Shown piece by piece: positions 9,773 through 19,773 of a DNA stretch of 34,860 nucleotides; positions within the stretch are counted from its first letter, which is position 1; each line of letters begins with the position of its first letter. The DNA is taken from contig JADFXZ010000001.1 in the NCBI GenBank assembly GCA_015233265.1, positions 5,195 through 40,054 of the forward strand, in the 5' to 3' direction. The DNA comes from Nitrospirota bacterium (GTDB lineage: Bacteria > Nitrospirota > Thermodesulfovibrionia > Thermodesulfovibrionales > Magnetobacteriaceae). The notes under the pieces are model-generated. The model was not told where the DNA came from. It was given only the letters and a program-made list of their open reading frames with translations, and did not search any database. The translations under genes and the position numbers were made by a program.

Positions 9773-12700
9773 TGGGCGGGGAAGGGCGGACAATCGGCGT
9801 GAGACATGATCTGCTTATCTTAGCCACCTCTGTGGCAGCCCTTATTGGGATAGGCTTGTTGCTGCCGTTTATGGCACATGAGGGTTTAGCGCTGGCGCTT
9901 TTTGTAATTGCGCTGTTGGTGCTGAATCTGACAATATCTCTTTTGATAATCAGAAGGATAAAAAAACCCATTAATGAGCTTATGCGCTCGGCCAGAAAGA
10001 TATCTCAAGAGCAATTCAACCTGCAGCCAGATAAAAATATGACCAATCTCCCGATGGTCTTTAACCGTCTGCTTGAGAACTTCAACGAATACAAGAAAAA
10101 GACAGAGGAAGGGGCAGCGGAAGTAGTAGAAGTAAACCGGCAAATGCTAAACGAGATCGTACAAAGGCGCAAGACTGAAAAGAAACTCCAGTACCTCGTA
10201 GAGCTGATAAAGTTAATCACTAACATATCGTCGACCTTTATTACGATTCCCTCTGAGGAGGTTGGCAACTGGATAGTTCACGCACTTTCCTCAACAGGCA
10301 ATTTCCTCGGAGTAGACAGGGGCTATGTGGTGATATTGTCAGAGGATATGAAGTCGGCCTCAGAGATATATGACTGGAGTATGGAGGGTGTGCCTCCAAA
10401 GACAGGGCGTTTCAGTGTGCCTGGGTCAATGGCGTGGTGGATGGGCAAACTCCGTGCCTTTGAAAACATATATATAACCTCTGAAGACGACATACCACAG
10501 GACGCCGCCGCCGAGCGAGGACTCATCATGGCAGACGATGTAATATCGTTAATTGCCATACCAATAAGCCGCGGCGGTAAGTTAAACGGTTTCCTCGGTT
10601 TTGACTCTACGACAGTTAGAAAAGACTACGCCCCTGACGTGTTGTCTCTGCTGAAGATTGTGGGCGAGATATTTATCAACGCCCTGCAGAGAAAACGTGT
10701 GGATGACGCCAATCACGACAACCGGATGCGCTTACAGTCGATAATGGACAATGCGCGTGCAGTGATATATCTAAAGGACACCGAGGGTCGGTATATAATG
10801 GTAAACCGGCACTTTGAGGAGCTTTTTTCTAAGACAAAAGAAGAGGTAACGGGTAGGACCGATTATGAGATATTTGATGTGGTGCCGTTTCATGAACACG
10901 ACATGATGGTCATTCAAAGCGGAAGGCCGCTTGAACTTGAGGAGACGATAAGACACGGGCAGGAATCTGCAAGGACGTATGTGTCGATGAAATTCCTCCT
11001 CTACAAACAGGATACTTCTGTGTACGCCGTCTGTGGCATCTCAACCGATATAACAGACAGAAAACACGCTGAAGAGGAGTTGATAAACTACCGCAACCGC
11101 CTTGAGGAACTGGTAAATGCCCGCACAGCGCAGCTATCGGAATCCAATGAAAAGCTGATTTCAGAGATAGCCGAACGAGTTCGTGCCGAACATGCCCTGA
11201 TACAGGCAAAAGAGGCGGCTGAGGCGGCTAATCAGGCAAAGAGCACATTCTTTGCGAACATGAGCCACGAGCTTCGCACACCAATGAACGGCATAATAGG
11301 CATGACAGAGCTGGCCCTCGATACAAATCTCGATGCGGAACAACGAGAGTTCCTCGAACTTGTAAAGAGTTCATCTACACACTTACTGTCTCTGGTAAAC
11401 AGTATCCTCGATTTTTCGAAAGCAGAGGCGGGTAAAATGGAGCTTGAGACGATAAACTTTGACTTGAAAGGGCTTATCGATACATCGTTAAAGCCGCTGT
11501 CCTATGAGGCCGACACTAAAGGCATCAAATTGATAACCCATATAGACGATGATGTGCCGGTGGAGATAAAGGGAGACCCCGGCAGGCTTAGGCAGGTGAT
11601 AGTGAATCTCGTAAATAACTCGGTGAAATTTACCCACGAAGGACAAATACGCATCGATGTTGAGCCAGCGCCATATGCCACCAGAAGGGACGCCGAATCC
11701 GATGCACTGCACTACTTACACTTCAGCGTCTCTGACACAGGCATTGGAATCCCGGAGGATAAGCTTGCCATGATATTTGACAGCTTCTCGCAGGTTGACG
11801 ATTCGATGACGAGAAAATACGGCGGCACAGGGCTTGGTCTGGCCATATCGAAAAAGATAGTAGAGTTGATGGGCGGCAGACTCTGGGTGGAGAGCGTTCT
11901 GGGAGAGGGAACGACGTTTCACTTTACGGCAAGTTTTAAGGCCGGTTCTATCAGCATGAGGAAGTCAGCGGCGAAAACTGTCGAAGACGTCTCCAACGTA
12001 AGTATTCTCGTTGTGAACAGCAATGTCTTTTCACTGAACTCATATATCAAGGTGCTGGAGAACAAGGGGCATAGGGTTGGAAGCTCAGCAAGCGGGCGTG
12101 ACGCGCTGAGAAAACTCAAAAGCGGCGACTATGCCGCCGCCCTGATTGACCTGCAAATAAACGACATTGATGGATTCGAGTTAGCGCAGCTGATAAAAAC
12201 AGATCTAGCACAACTTGATATAAAGGTTATACTGATAGTCTCGGCTGGTCTCAAAGGAGACGCGGCCCGATGCAAGGCCATAGGCATAGACGGCTATGTA
12301 GTCATGCCGGTAGATGAGGACAGCCTTATTGACACCATAAGACTCGCGCTTGCCGCAACCGACAGGGATGACCCCTTTGTGATAACCCGGCATACTTTAA
12401 GCGAATTAAGGAGACCTGTCAGCATATTGCTTGCTGAGGACAACGTGGTGAATCAAAAGGTGGCGGTTAGGGTTCTCCAGAAAAAGGGTTATGCAGTCGA
12501 TGTGGTGCAAAATGGCAAAGAGGCCGTACAGACACTAAAGAAACAGGCTTATGACATCGTTTTGATGGATGTGCAAATGCCTGAAATGGATGGTTTTGAG
12601 GCGACAAAATATATCAGGAGCGAGCAAGATGAGAAAATTAAATCCGATGTGCCGATTATCGCCATGACTGCCCACGCTATGAAGGGATACAAGGAATTAT

Positions 12701-13236
12701 GTATAGAAAAAGGGATGACAGATTATATAACAAAGCCTTTAAATGCCGCGGAACTCTACGAAACGATAGAAAAACACACAAAGAATATAGAAACTAGACC
12801 TGTGTCCGCAACCGGGCAGCAACTTAAGCAGGGCATTAAGCCAGAAAATGCAACAGCAGTTCCTAAGACCCTCCCTGTCCTAGACAAGGAAGAGGCATTG
12901 GAGCGCTTAGGCGGGGATAAAGACATATTTAATGAAGTGATGAGGGCATTTATTGTGGATGCCCCGGAACAAATAGCCAGATTAAAGGAACTAAATATAA
13001 CAAAGAATATAGATGGTCTGAAAAAACAGGCGCACACAATCAAGGGTATGTCTGCAAACATGGGCGCGGTACAGCTAAAGAACCGGGCGTTTAAACTTGA
13101 ACTGGACTTGAGAAAGCTCCCAAATCCGATAACTGAATCTGATATTGCAATGATTGAAAAGCATGTCGGTAAGATAGATGCGGAACTTGATAAAGTCATT
13201 GCAGCCATTAACATTGAACTCAACCCCCCTAATTAA
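9772..13236 (+). CDS. Membrane hybrid sensor kinase (2TM-HAMP-like-GAF-PAS-HisKA-HATPase-REC-REC-Hpt)
   Basis: MSHELRTP, NLVNNSVKFT, DTGIGI, GGTGLGL, LMDVQMP receiver and AHTIKGMS Hpt. Confidence 0.95.
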   Translation: MGGEGRTIGVRHDLLILATSVAALIGIGLLLPFMAHEGLALALFVIALLVLNLTISLLIIRRIKKPINELMRSARKISQEQFNLQPDKNMTNLPMVFNRLLENFNEYKKKTEEGAAEVVEVNRQMLNEIVQRRKTEKKLQYLVELIKLITNISSTFITIPSEEVGNWIVHALSSTGNFLGVDRGYVVILSEDMKSASEIYDWSMEGVPPKTGRFSVPGSMAWWMGKLRAFENIYITSEDDIPQDAAAERGLIMADDVISLIAIPISRGGKLNGFLGFDSTTVRKDYAPDVLSLLKIVGEIFINALQRKRVDDANHDNRMRLQSIMDNARAVIYLKDTEGRYIMVNRHFEELFSKTKEEVTGRTDYEIFDVVPFHEHDMMVIQSGRPLELEETIRHGQESARTYVSMKFLLYKQDTSVYAVCGISTDITDRKHAEEELINYRNRLEELVNARTAQLSESNEKLISEIAERVRAEHALIQAKEAAEAANQAKSTFFANMSHELRTPMNGIIGMTELALDTNLDAEQREFLELVKSSSTHLLSLVNSILDFSKAEAGKMELETINFDLKGLIDTSLKPLSYEADTKGIKLITHIDDDVPVEIKGDPGRLRQVIVNLVNNSVKFTHEGQIRIDVEPAPYATRRDAESDALHYLHFSVSDTGIGIPEDKLAMIFDSFSQVDDSMTRKYGGTGLGLAISKKIVELMGGRLWVESVLGEGTTFHFTASFKAGSISMRKSAAKTVEDVSNVSILVVNSNVFSLNSYIKVLENKGHRVGSSASGRDALRKLKSGDYAAALIDLQINDIDGFELAQLIKTDLAQLDIKVILIVSAGLKGDAARCKAIGIDGYVVMPVDEDSLIDTIRLALAATDRDDPFVITRHTLSELRRPVSILLAEDNVVNQKVAVRVLQKKGYAVDVVQNGKEAVQTLKKQAYDIVLMDVQMPEMDGFEATKYIRSEQDEKIKSDVPIIAMTAHAMKGYKELCIEKGMTDYITKPLNAAELYETIEKHTKNIETRPVSATGQQLKQGIKPENATAVPKTLPVLDKEEALERLGGDKDIFNEVMRAFIVDAPEQIARLKELNITKNIDGLKKQAHTIKGMSANMGAVQLKNRAFKLELDLRKLPNPITESDIAMIEKHVGKIDAELDKVIAAINIELNPPN

Positions 13237-13345
13237 GCACGGGAGGCGGTTAAGAGACGGTCGCCGCCGCCGCGCTAAACGCCTTATCTTTTAAACATGA
13301 AATCAATGCAGCGGCGATAAAAACACTTTGGGGCATGGGCCGCGC

Positions 13346-14254
13346 CTACGGCGGGCAATCGGCACAAACCGACTTAAAAAGTGACGTACTGAGGTATCTG
13401 TCTCCCCTGTCTGGCAGCACTACGACGAGTACGCCGTCTTTCATCTCTTTTGCCTTTTTCAGCGCCGCAAATACGGCTGCCCCGCTGCTCATGCCTACAA
13501 AAAGCCCCTCCCTGACCGCCATATCCCTCGATGTCGAGTATGCCTCATCGTCGTTTACATTGATCTTTTCGTCAAGACGCGATGGGTCAAACAGGCCGGG
13601 CACTATGGATTCTTTCATGTTTTTGAGACCCTGAATCTTGTGACCAAGAATTGGCTCAACGCCGACTATCTGAATCGACCTGTCGTATTCCTTGAGCCTC
13701 TTGCTTGTGCCCATGAGTGTGCCTGAGGTGCCCATGCCGGCCATAAATACGCTTACCTCACCCTTTGTCTGGTTATAGACCTCAACACCGGTGCCTTCGT
13801 AGTGGGCATTCATGTTAGAGGGATTGTTGAACTGGTCTGGCATAAAATAGTCCTTGCGGTTTTCGTCATAGAGCTTACGGGCAAGCCTGATAGCCCCGTC
13901 TGTGCCTTCTTTGCCCGGGCTTAGAATAAGCTCGGCGCCAAAGGCCTCAAGGGTCTTGCGCCGTTCCAGGCTCACGCACTCCGGCATGACCAGCTTCACG
14001 CGGTAGCCCTTGGCGGCTGCTACCATTGCCAGCCCTATGCCTGTGTTACCGCTTGTCGGCTCAAGTATTACCTTGTCCTTAGTTAGGGTGCCCGCGGCCT
14101 CGGCGTCCTTTATCATATAGTAGGCTATTCTGTCCTTTACGGAGCCTCCCGGGTTATTGCCTTCAAGTTTCGCAAATATCTTCACCTTGGTGTTTGTGTT
14201 TAAATTATCAAGGCTTACCATCGGGGTGTTGCCAATTGCGTCTAAAACTCCCAT
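13346..14254 (-). CDS. cysM: Cysteine synthase (O-acetylserine sulfhydrylase, CysM/CysK family)
   Basis: NPGGSVKDR PLP lysine, TSGNTG, GMGTSGT, IQGL and GMSSGA. Confidence 0.88.
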   Translation of the reverse strand: MGVLDAIGNTPMVSLDNLNTNTKVKIFAKLEGNNPGGSVKDRIAYYMIKDAEAAGTLTKDKVILEPTSGNTGIGLAMVAAAKGYRVKLVMPECVSLERRKTLEAFGAELILSPGKEGTDGAIRLARKLYDENRKDYFMPDQFNNPSNMNAHYEGTGVEVYNQTKGEVSVFMAGMGTSGTLMGTSKRLKEYDRSIQIVGVEPILGHKIQGLKNMKESIVPGLFDPSRLDEKINVNDDEAYSTSRDMAVREGLFVGMSSGAAVFAALKKAKEMKDGVLVVVLPDRGDRYLSTSLFKSVCADCPP

Positions 14255-14324
14255 TGTCTTAACTCCTTATCGAATTATTTCAGTTATGCCTGAATATCTC
14301 ATGCCGTTTTAGTGGTAAAAGTAA

Positions 14325-14753
14325 TTACCCCCGTGCGACAACCGTCTTGACCTCGAATTGCGGCTGCTCCATGATTGCCTTTTTTACGGCACATTGGTCT
14401 GCGACGCGTACGATAGCATCATAGTATTTCTCAGGAAAATCCAGCGGTACCTTTATATCTATGGTTATCTTTGCAAGTCTTGACTTTCCCTGCCCTTCAG
14501 TAACGTATTCGTGGCTTTGTTCGAGGGTTATCCCTTCTGTGGGTATGGAGTTTTTTTGACAAAAGCTCAGGACAAAAATTCCGGCGCACGTGCCGATAGA
14601 GGCGAGAAAATATTTAAACGGCTCCGGGGCAGAACCATCTCCGCCGTATTTAACCGCCTGGTCTGTGGCTATAACCATAGGAGGCGCATCGCCGACAGGG
14701 GCAAACTCCGCATTAACGCGCTTACCGCCGGGAAAGGTTATTAGTATGTCCAT
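14325..14753 (-). CDS. OsmC-family protein
   Basis: TDQ....GG.GSAPEPF, TCAG and QCAVKK two-Cys pattern; SD GAGGAG. Confidence 0.9.
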   Translation of the reverse strand: MDILITFPGGKRVNAEFAPVGDAPPMVIATDQAVKYGGDGSAPEPFKYFLASIGTCAGIFVLSFCQKNSIPTEGITLEQSHEYVTEGQGKSRLAKITIDIKVPLDFPEKYYDAIVRVADQCAVKKAIMEQPQFEVKTVVARG

Positions 14754-14993
14754 TTTGGTCTCCTCATAAAGTTAAAATATCACCTATAATATCAGCTAAA
14801 ATATCTCTGGCGCTGACTCAACGCCTATGCCTCCAATGCTAACATTTCCATAAATATATTTGCAAACCGTATTTTGGCATTTGCCTTACGTCTTACGGGT
14901 TTCCGTGATTTGAGATTGTTGAAAACCCTGTAAATGTAGTATAATAACTCGTGTGCTACGCAGCGCGTGATATTTTAGCAGGTATGTGGTGCG

Positions 14994-15491
14994 ATGGAAA
15001 ATACTCCTGAGCTGAAGTCTATCACTGTCTATCCGTCTGCGGTAATACCTATAGTGTGTCCATACTGTGAGGCCAAGGGTAAAATCACAAGGGAATATCC
15101 TCCGGATAAGAATTTTACTATATCCTGCCCTAAGTGCAAACAACGTTTTGTTGTTAATATAAATACGCGTATGTTCTATCGTAAAAATGTTAATATTGAG
15201 GCGCATTATCAGTTCAGAGGAAGCAACAAACCGGAAAGAAAGGGTGATATTTTAAATATGTCCCGCAGTGGCTTGTGCCTCAAGTGTAATAAACCATCGT
15301 TTATTCCCAAGGAGAAAGTTGATGTTCTATCTTTGAGGTTTAAATTGCCGCCGAGGGAAGAGCCAATCAGCATACATTGTGAGGTTGTCAACGTAATAGA
15401 TGAGACAGAGAAGACCATTACGTGGGGGCTCAAGTTCAAAGACCTTGGTGAATTCGAAGAGATGCAAATCGGTTTTTTTCTTCAACCATAA
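14994..15491 (+). CDS. Zinc-ribbon + PilZ domain protein
   Basis: CPYC...CPKC, then RxxxR (RMFYR) and N-x-S-x-x-G (NMSRSG), ending WGLKF. Confidence 0.88.
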   Translation: MENTPELKSITVYPSAVIPIVCPYCEAKGKITREYPPDKNFTISCPKCKQRFVVNINTRMFYRKNVNIEAHYQFRGSNKPERKGDILNMSRSGLCLKCNKPSFIPKEKVDVLSLRFKLPPREEPISIHCEVVNVIDETEKTITWGLKFKDLGEFEEMQIGFFLQP

Positions 15492-15531
15492 AACAAACAC
15501 TGCCGTTGGAGTCCTATAGTACGTTGCCGCT

Positions 15532-16290
15532 TTAGCCCCAGTAGTGTAATACGGTCTTTGTGGAATCTACTGCCGAAAAGCCATTTTTGATATAAAAATT
15601 CAGGGCGGCTGTGTTCTTTATCTGAGTTCCCGTGTAGAGATTGTAACCGTTAAAGCAGTCGATGACCGAGTTAATCAGTATTGAGCCAATTGCCCTGTTT
15701 CTAAATTTCTCTATTACGGAGACGAAGAATAATGTGGCATCTGAATTGCTTGTATTTACAACGATAACGCCGGCAACGTCATTGTCTGCCTTTGCCGTAA
15801 ACAGATGTCCATTAGGCGATGGGCGATAGTTTTTCAGATAGCTTATCCACAGTTGGTCGGCCTTCTGGTCATCGATGTGGAAATCCGTATGAAATCTCGT
15901 TTGAGTAAACGCGCTTCCAAGCAGCTCACAGGGAAGGTCGTCAGTAAGCTGAGGTCTTTCTATAGATACACTGCCACTGTCATAAAGAAGCTCCCCGTGC
16001 CGGGGCTTAACATATCTAAGCCTTACCTCTGTATCTACGTAGTAAAAGCCGCAGTCTTCCAAAAAGCTGACTGTCTCAATTCCAAATTCGGTATTAATCC
16101 TTACCGTAACAAAACTGTCACCGAGTTTATGTTTGATTTGTTCTTTAATCAAGGCAACCGGCCTTATGATTGATTTAGCGGTGTCAAGGATGTACGACCT
16201 CCTGCCGAAGAATTCGGTGTCCCACGCCAGGTAACGAAAGTGCAACGCCGCGTCTTTGCAGCTTATGACAATATCATGTGAAGAGTTCAT
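15532..16290 (-). CDS. GNAT N-acetyltransferase (WecD/RffC-like)
   Basis: LAWDTEFFG, TRFHTD, RNRAIGS and TQIKNTAALNFYIKNGF. Confidence 0.85.
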   Translation of the reverse strand: MNSSHDIVISCKDAALHFRYLAWDTEFFGRRSYILDTAKSIIRPVALIKEQIKHKLGDSFVTVRINTEFGIETVSFLEDCGFYYVDTEVRLRYVKPRHGELLYDSGSVSIERPQLTDDLPCELLGSAFTQTRFHTDFHIDDQKADQLWISYLKNYRPSPNGHLFTAKADNDVAGVIVVNTSNSDATLFFVSVIEKFRNRAIGSILINSVIDCFNGYNLYTGTQIKNTAALNFYIKNGFSAVDSTKTVLHYWG

Positions 16291-17263
16291 TGACTGCCTC
16301 GACGATTTTTCCGGTGTCGAATGTTGTAGTGCTGGCTACAGCTGGCGGGTTTTGTATTAAGTGCCTCAACTTATCCGGCTCATAAGACCTGTAACCCAGA
16401 TACCTTGCCCAGCCCTGGGCGTCAAAATATTCACAGCGCCCGATTTGATGTTCATACGTGGCAATTAAAATGACCGGCGTAGCGGTAGCAATCAGCTCAT
16501 AGGAGGTCAGCCCTCCGGCACCGACGGCCACATCGCAGCTCAGATACTCTAAGAACATGTCTTTTATATCTTGTTTTATCACGTGCCTGTTATTCGATTT
16601 CGATAGAGACATCTCAAGTTCTTTTTTATACAGAAACCCAGCCCCGATTATTAAAGTGATTTTCAAGTCGGATTCAATGCCTAAAATAGTGTCAAGGACT
16701 TTCTGAGTAAAGTTTAACTCATCTGCCCCTCCCATTGCAATCAGGACGTGTTGCGGCCTGGGGGCATAGGTCCTGGCGGCGATTCGGCTTTTATCGAAAT
16801 TAAACGGAAGTATAATATATTGCGGCCCTATGAGAAACCTTGTCTTAGGATGCCGTTTTATATCGAAATAGGTTGTACCTTCGACGTCCCAGTTGATCAC
16901 AATGTCAATTCCATCGGGAATAATGCCATCAAAATTCACGCAGACCTTTTTTACACCAGAGGGTAAGTCATAGTCTGTGAGTGTCCTTTCGGTAATTTCA
17001 AGAAACAGACAGTCGATGTTATTTTGGGCTATTATGGCCTCCATCGCCTTTTGTTCTTCTTGTATGGAGCAATCAGGGGCAATCACAGTCACGTTCTTTA
17101 TGCCGCGTCCTTCAATTATTTTTATGCCGGCCTCATAACCGCGAATCAGAAAATACGTCTGCCAGCCGTCCTGTTCAAAATAATAAGAGAGCGTCACCAG
17201 AGACATCAGGTCCCCTGTGCCAATAGATGGTCTAGCGTCGCCTCTGAAAAGGATTTTTCTCAT
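16274..17263 (-). CDS. PseG/SpsG-like GT-B fold protein
   Basis: LFRGDA..SIGTG, LIGPQY, AMGGAD, GAGGLTSYEL and EHQ. Paralogous to 33396-34409. Confidence 0.82.
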   Translation of the reverse strand: MRKILFRGDARPSIGTGDLMSLVTLSYYFEQDGWQTYFLIRGYEAGIKIIEGRGIKNVTVIAPDCSIQEEQKAMEAIIAQNNIDCLFLEITERTLTDYDLPSGVKKVCVNFDGIIPDGIDIVINWDVEGTTYFDIKRHPKTRFLIGPQYIILPFNFDKSRIAARTYAPRPQHVLIAMGGADELNFTQKVLDTILGIESDLKITLIIGAGFLYKKELEMSLSKSNNRHVIKQDIKDMFLEYLSCDVAVGAGGLTSYELIATATPVILIATYEHQIGRCEYFDAQGWARYLGYRSYEPDKLRHLIQNPPAVASTTTFDTGKIVEAVNELFT

Positions 17264-17319
17264 CTAAATGCGCCTCTTGCCATTCATACCAAAATGCGTT
17301 CATCAAAGTAAGAATACTT

Positions 17320-17405
17320 GAATCATCCTGAGCTTGTCGAAGGATGCTCCTTTAGTTGCCGTATCCGCATAAGCAGGGAATCCTTCGACAAGCTCAGGAT
17401 GATTC
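17320..17405. repeat. REP-like palindrome, family C, copy 1 (stand-alone)
   Basis: Perfect 26-bp inverted repeat GAATCATCCTGAGCTTGTCGAAGGAT at 17320-17345 and 17380-17405. Confidence 0.95.
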
Positions 17406-17590
17406 TTACTATCAGGCTAAAGATTACTCATATAATTATAACTTAGCATTCAAGCCGATTTCAATGCCCCCATTTTAATATAATTTGCTGAGGCATAAAC
17501 TACTCGCAAAAAAAGAAAGAAGATAGATTTCAACCGGTCGAAACTCAACAACCACACACGTAACCGGCCTTAAAGCACGAACATTTTATA

Positions 17591-17630
17591 CCAAAGGCAG
17601 CCGCAACTCTGAGTCAGGCGCTGCCTTTGG
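17591..17630 (-). terminator. Hairpin downstream of metV, probable terminator
   Basis: CCAAAGGCAGC...GCTGCCTTTGG stem about 10 nt after the stop codon. The U-tract is weak. Confidence 0.55.
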
Positions 17631-17640
17631 CCACATTTAT

Positions 17641-18315
17641 TCAGGCTTTCTTTTCCTTTTTATCTTTTTCCGGCCTGCCTATGAAGTGAGGGTTTTGTTT
17701 TTTCGACCAGTCCTTTGGTGGAATAATCTCGGCCATCTTATCTAGTTCGTTGACCTTTTTCTGCCTCTCGTAGATTCTTACCCAGGCGCATTTGATCTCT
17801 GCGCTGACCTCGCAGTTGCCGTCTTTCATTCCTCCGCATGGACCGTTTAAAAGGCCCTTGGGGCAGTTCGTAATCGGGCAGATGCCGCCGGTCTTATCAA
17901 TTACGCACTCGCCACAGAGGGAGCATCTCTCGTCAAACATCTGAAACCTGGTCATATTCCCCAGAAACATGGTGTCGTTTGACGGGTACACCGGTGTGTC
18001 TGGAAATATCTCAACGGCGGACTGCGTTCCAGCGCCGCAGGACATTGCTATGATGGCGTCTGCCGCCTCACAGGCCTCTTTGTCCTTTTTCAACTCTATT
18101 TTAGTGCCAAGAGTCTGGCAGCCGGTCTTTGGCACCATCATCCCGGTTACGGTCTTGCCCTCTTGCTCCAGTTCCTCTTTCATGGCCTTCATGGCGGCCT
18201 CGTCTCCGGTGCCGCACAGTGACGCACACTCAGAGCAGCCAATCAGAAAGAAGCTGTTATATTTATTCAAGCTCTCCATGAGCTTTTCGTGAGTCTTCCT
18301 TTTTGAGATAATCAT
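17641..18315 (-). CDS. metV: Methylenetetrahydrofolate reductase accessory subunit MetV (MTHFR C-terminal domain family)
   Basis: GCSECASLC.TG, SCGAG.Q, ERCSLCGEC, GICP...CPKGLLNGPCGG and CAW..IY. Confidence 0.88.
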   Translation of the reverse strand: MIISKRKTHEKLMESLNKYNSFFLIGCSECASLCGTGDEAAMKAMKEELEQEGKTVTGMMVPKTGCQTLGTKIELKKDKEACEAADAIIAMSCGAGTQSAVEIFPDTPVYPSNDTMFLGNMTRFQMFDERCSLCGECVIDKTGGICPITNCPKGLLNGPCGGMKDGNCEVSAEIKCAWVRIYERQKKVNELDKMAEIIPPKDWSKKQNPHFIGRPEKDKKEKKA

Positions 18316-18345
18316 GTTGTCCTCACTTAGTGTTTATTTTGCCGT

Positions 18346-19197
18346 CTATTTTACTGTGGCCTTAGCCGCCTCAACTGTGTTGTACATCAGCATGGCTATT
18401 GTCATTGGCCCCACTCCGCCAGGTACCGGGGTGATAAAACCAGCCCTTTCCTTTGCAGATTCAAACTCAACGTCACCGGTGAGCTTGCCGTCTTCCTTGA
18501 CGTTTATGCCAATGTCGATTACAGCGGCGCCCTCTTTAACCCAATCGCCTTTGATCATATCGGCCTTGCCCACTGCGGCGCAGAGTATGTCGGCCTTCAG
18601 GCATGTCTCTTTCAAATCCGGCGTCCTGCTGTGGCAGATAGTCACAGTGGCGTGCTGCCTCAGAAGCAGCAGCGCTATGGGCTTGCCCACTATGACGCTT
18701 CGTCCCACGACTACCGCGTGTTTGCCCTTTGGGTCAACGCCGTAGGCCTCAAGCAGTTTCATGCAGCCGTGCGGTGTGCAGGGTAGAAATCCCGGCTCGT
18801 CCAGCACCAATCTGCCAAGTGAGTCCGGCCCGAAACCATCGACATCTTTTTTTGATGATATGGCGTGCATGACTTCCTTTTCGTTAAGGTGTTTGGGCAG
18901 GGGCAGCTGAACCAGTATGCCGTGAACATTTGGATCATTATTGAGATTATCTATGAGCTTCATAAGCTCTTCCTGTGTGGAGTTTTCAGGAATTTTGTGG
19001 CCCAGGCTCTTAATACCAAGCGATTCGCATGTCTTTTCCTTGCTTGATACATATTTCTTCGAAGCCGGATTCTCACCAACGAGCACAACCGCAAGGCCGG
19101 GCACCACACCCTTTGCCTTTAATGCCTCCACATCCTGCCTTAATTTCTCCGTTATGTCCTTGGCTACTTTTTTCCCATCGATAATTGTTGCTGGCAC
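18346..19197 (-). CDS. folD: Methylene-THF dehydrogenase/cyclohydrolase
   Basis: Yxxx[29 protein letters not shown] and [11 protein letters not shown]. Confidence 0.98.
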   Translation of the reverse strand: MPATIIDGKKVAKDITEKLRQDVEALKAKGVVPGLAVVLVGENPASKKYVSSKEKTCESLGIKSLGHKIPENSTQEELMKLIDNLNNDPNVHGILVQLPLPKHLNEKEVMHAISSKKDVDGFGPDSLGRLVLDEPGFLPCTPHGCMKLLEAYGVDPKGKHAVVVGRSVIVGKPIALLLLRQHATVTICHSRTPDLKETCLKADILCAAVGKADMIKGDWVKEGAAVIDIGINVKEDGKLTGDVEFESAKERAGFITPVPGGVGPMTIAMLMYNTVEAAKATVK

Positions 19198-19215
19198 TTT
19201 TAAGCCTCCTTGAGA

Positions 19216-19773
19216 TTATTTTTTTATGAGAGCAAGCATTTCCTCTCTGGTTGATTGCTTATTTCTGAATATACCCCGCACTGCCGATGTAACTACCCGT
19301 GCGCCGTTTTTCTTTGTGCCGCGCATACTCATGCACAGGTGTTCGGCGTCAATAATGACCATAGCACCCTTGGGTCGGAGCCTTGCCATTATCAAATCGG
19401 CCAGTTCCGTAGTGAGCCTCTCCTGCACCTGAAGCCGCCTTGCCAGTATGTCAAGCGCCCTAGCCAGTGACCCGATGCCCGCTATCTTTCCAGCATTTGG
19501 CACGTAGGCAATGTTCGCGACCCCAAAAAATGGCAGCAGGTGGTGTTCGCACATCGAATAAAAACTTACATCTCTGAGAATTACCATCTCCTCGTGGCTT
19601 TCGCCCTCTATTGGGCGCAGTATCTCCTCTGAGGATGTCTCACGCCCGGAGAGTATCTCCTCGTACATCTCTGATATTCGCTGCGGCGTACTACAAAGCC
19701 CCGGCCTTGTGATGTCCTCTCCAATCCCCTCAAGGATAAGGCGTATGCCTTCCTCTATCTTTTGCTTATTCAC
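19216..19773 (-). CDS. folE: GTP cyclohydrolase I (probable GTG start at 19773)
   Basis: [23 protein letters not shown] and [10 protein letters not shown]. Confidence 0.93.
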   Translation of the reverse strand: MNKQKIEEGIRLILEGIGEDITRPGLCSTPQRISEMYEEILSGRETSSEEILRPIEGESHEEMVILRDVSFYSMCEHHLLPFFGVANIAYVPNAGKIAGIGSLARALDILARRLQVQERLTTELADLIMARLRPKGAMVIIDAEHLCMSMRGTKKNGARVVTSAVRGIFRNKQSTREEMLALIKK

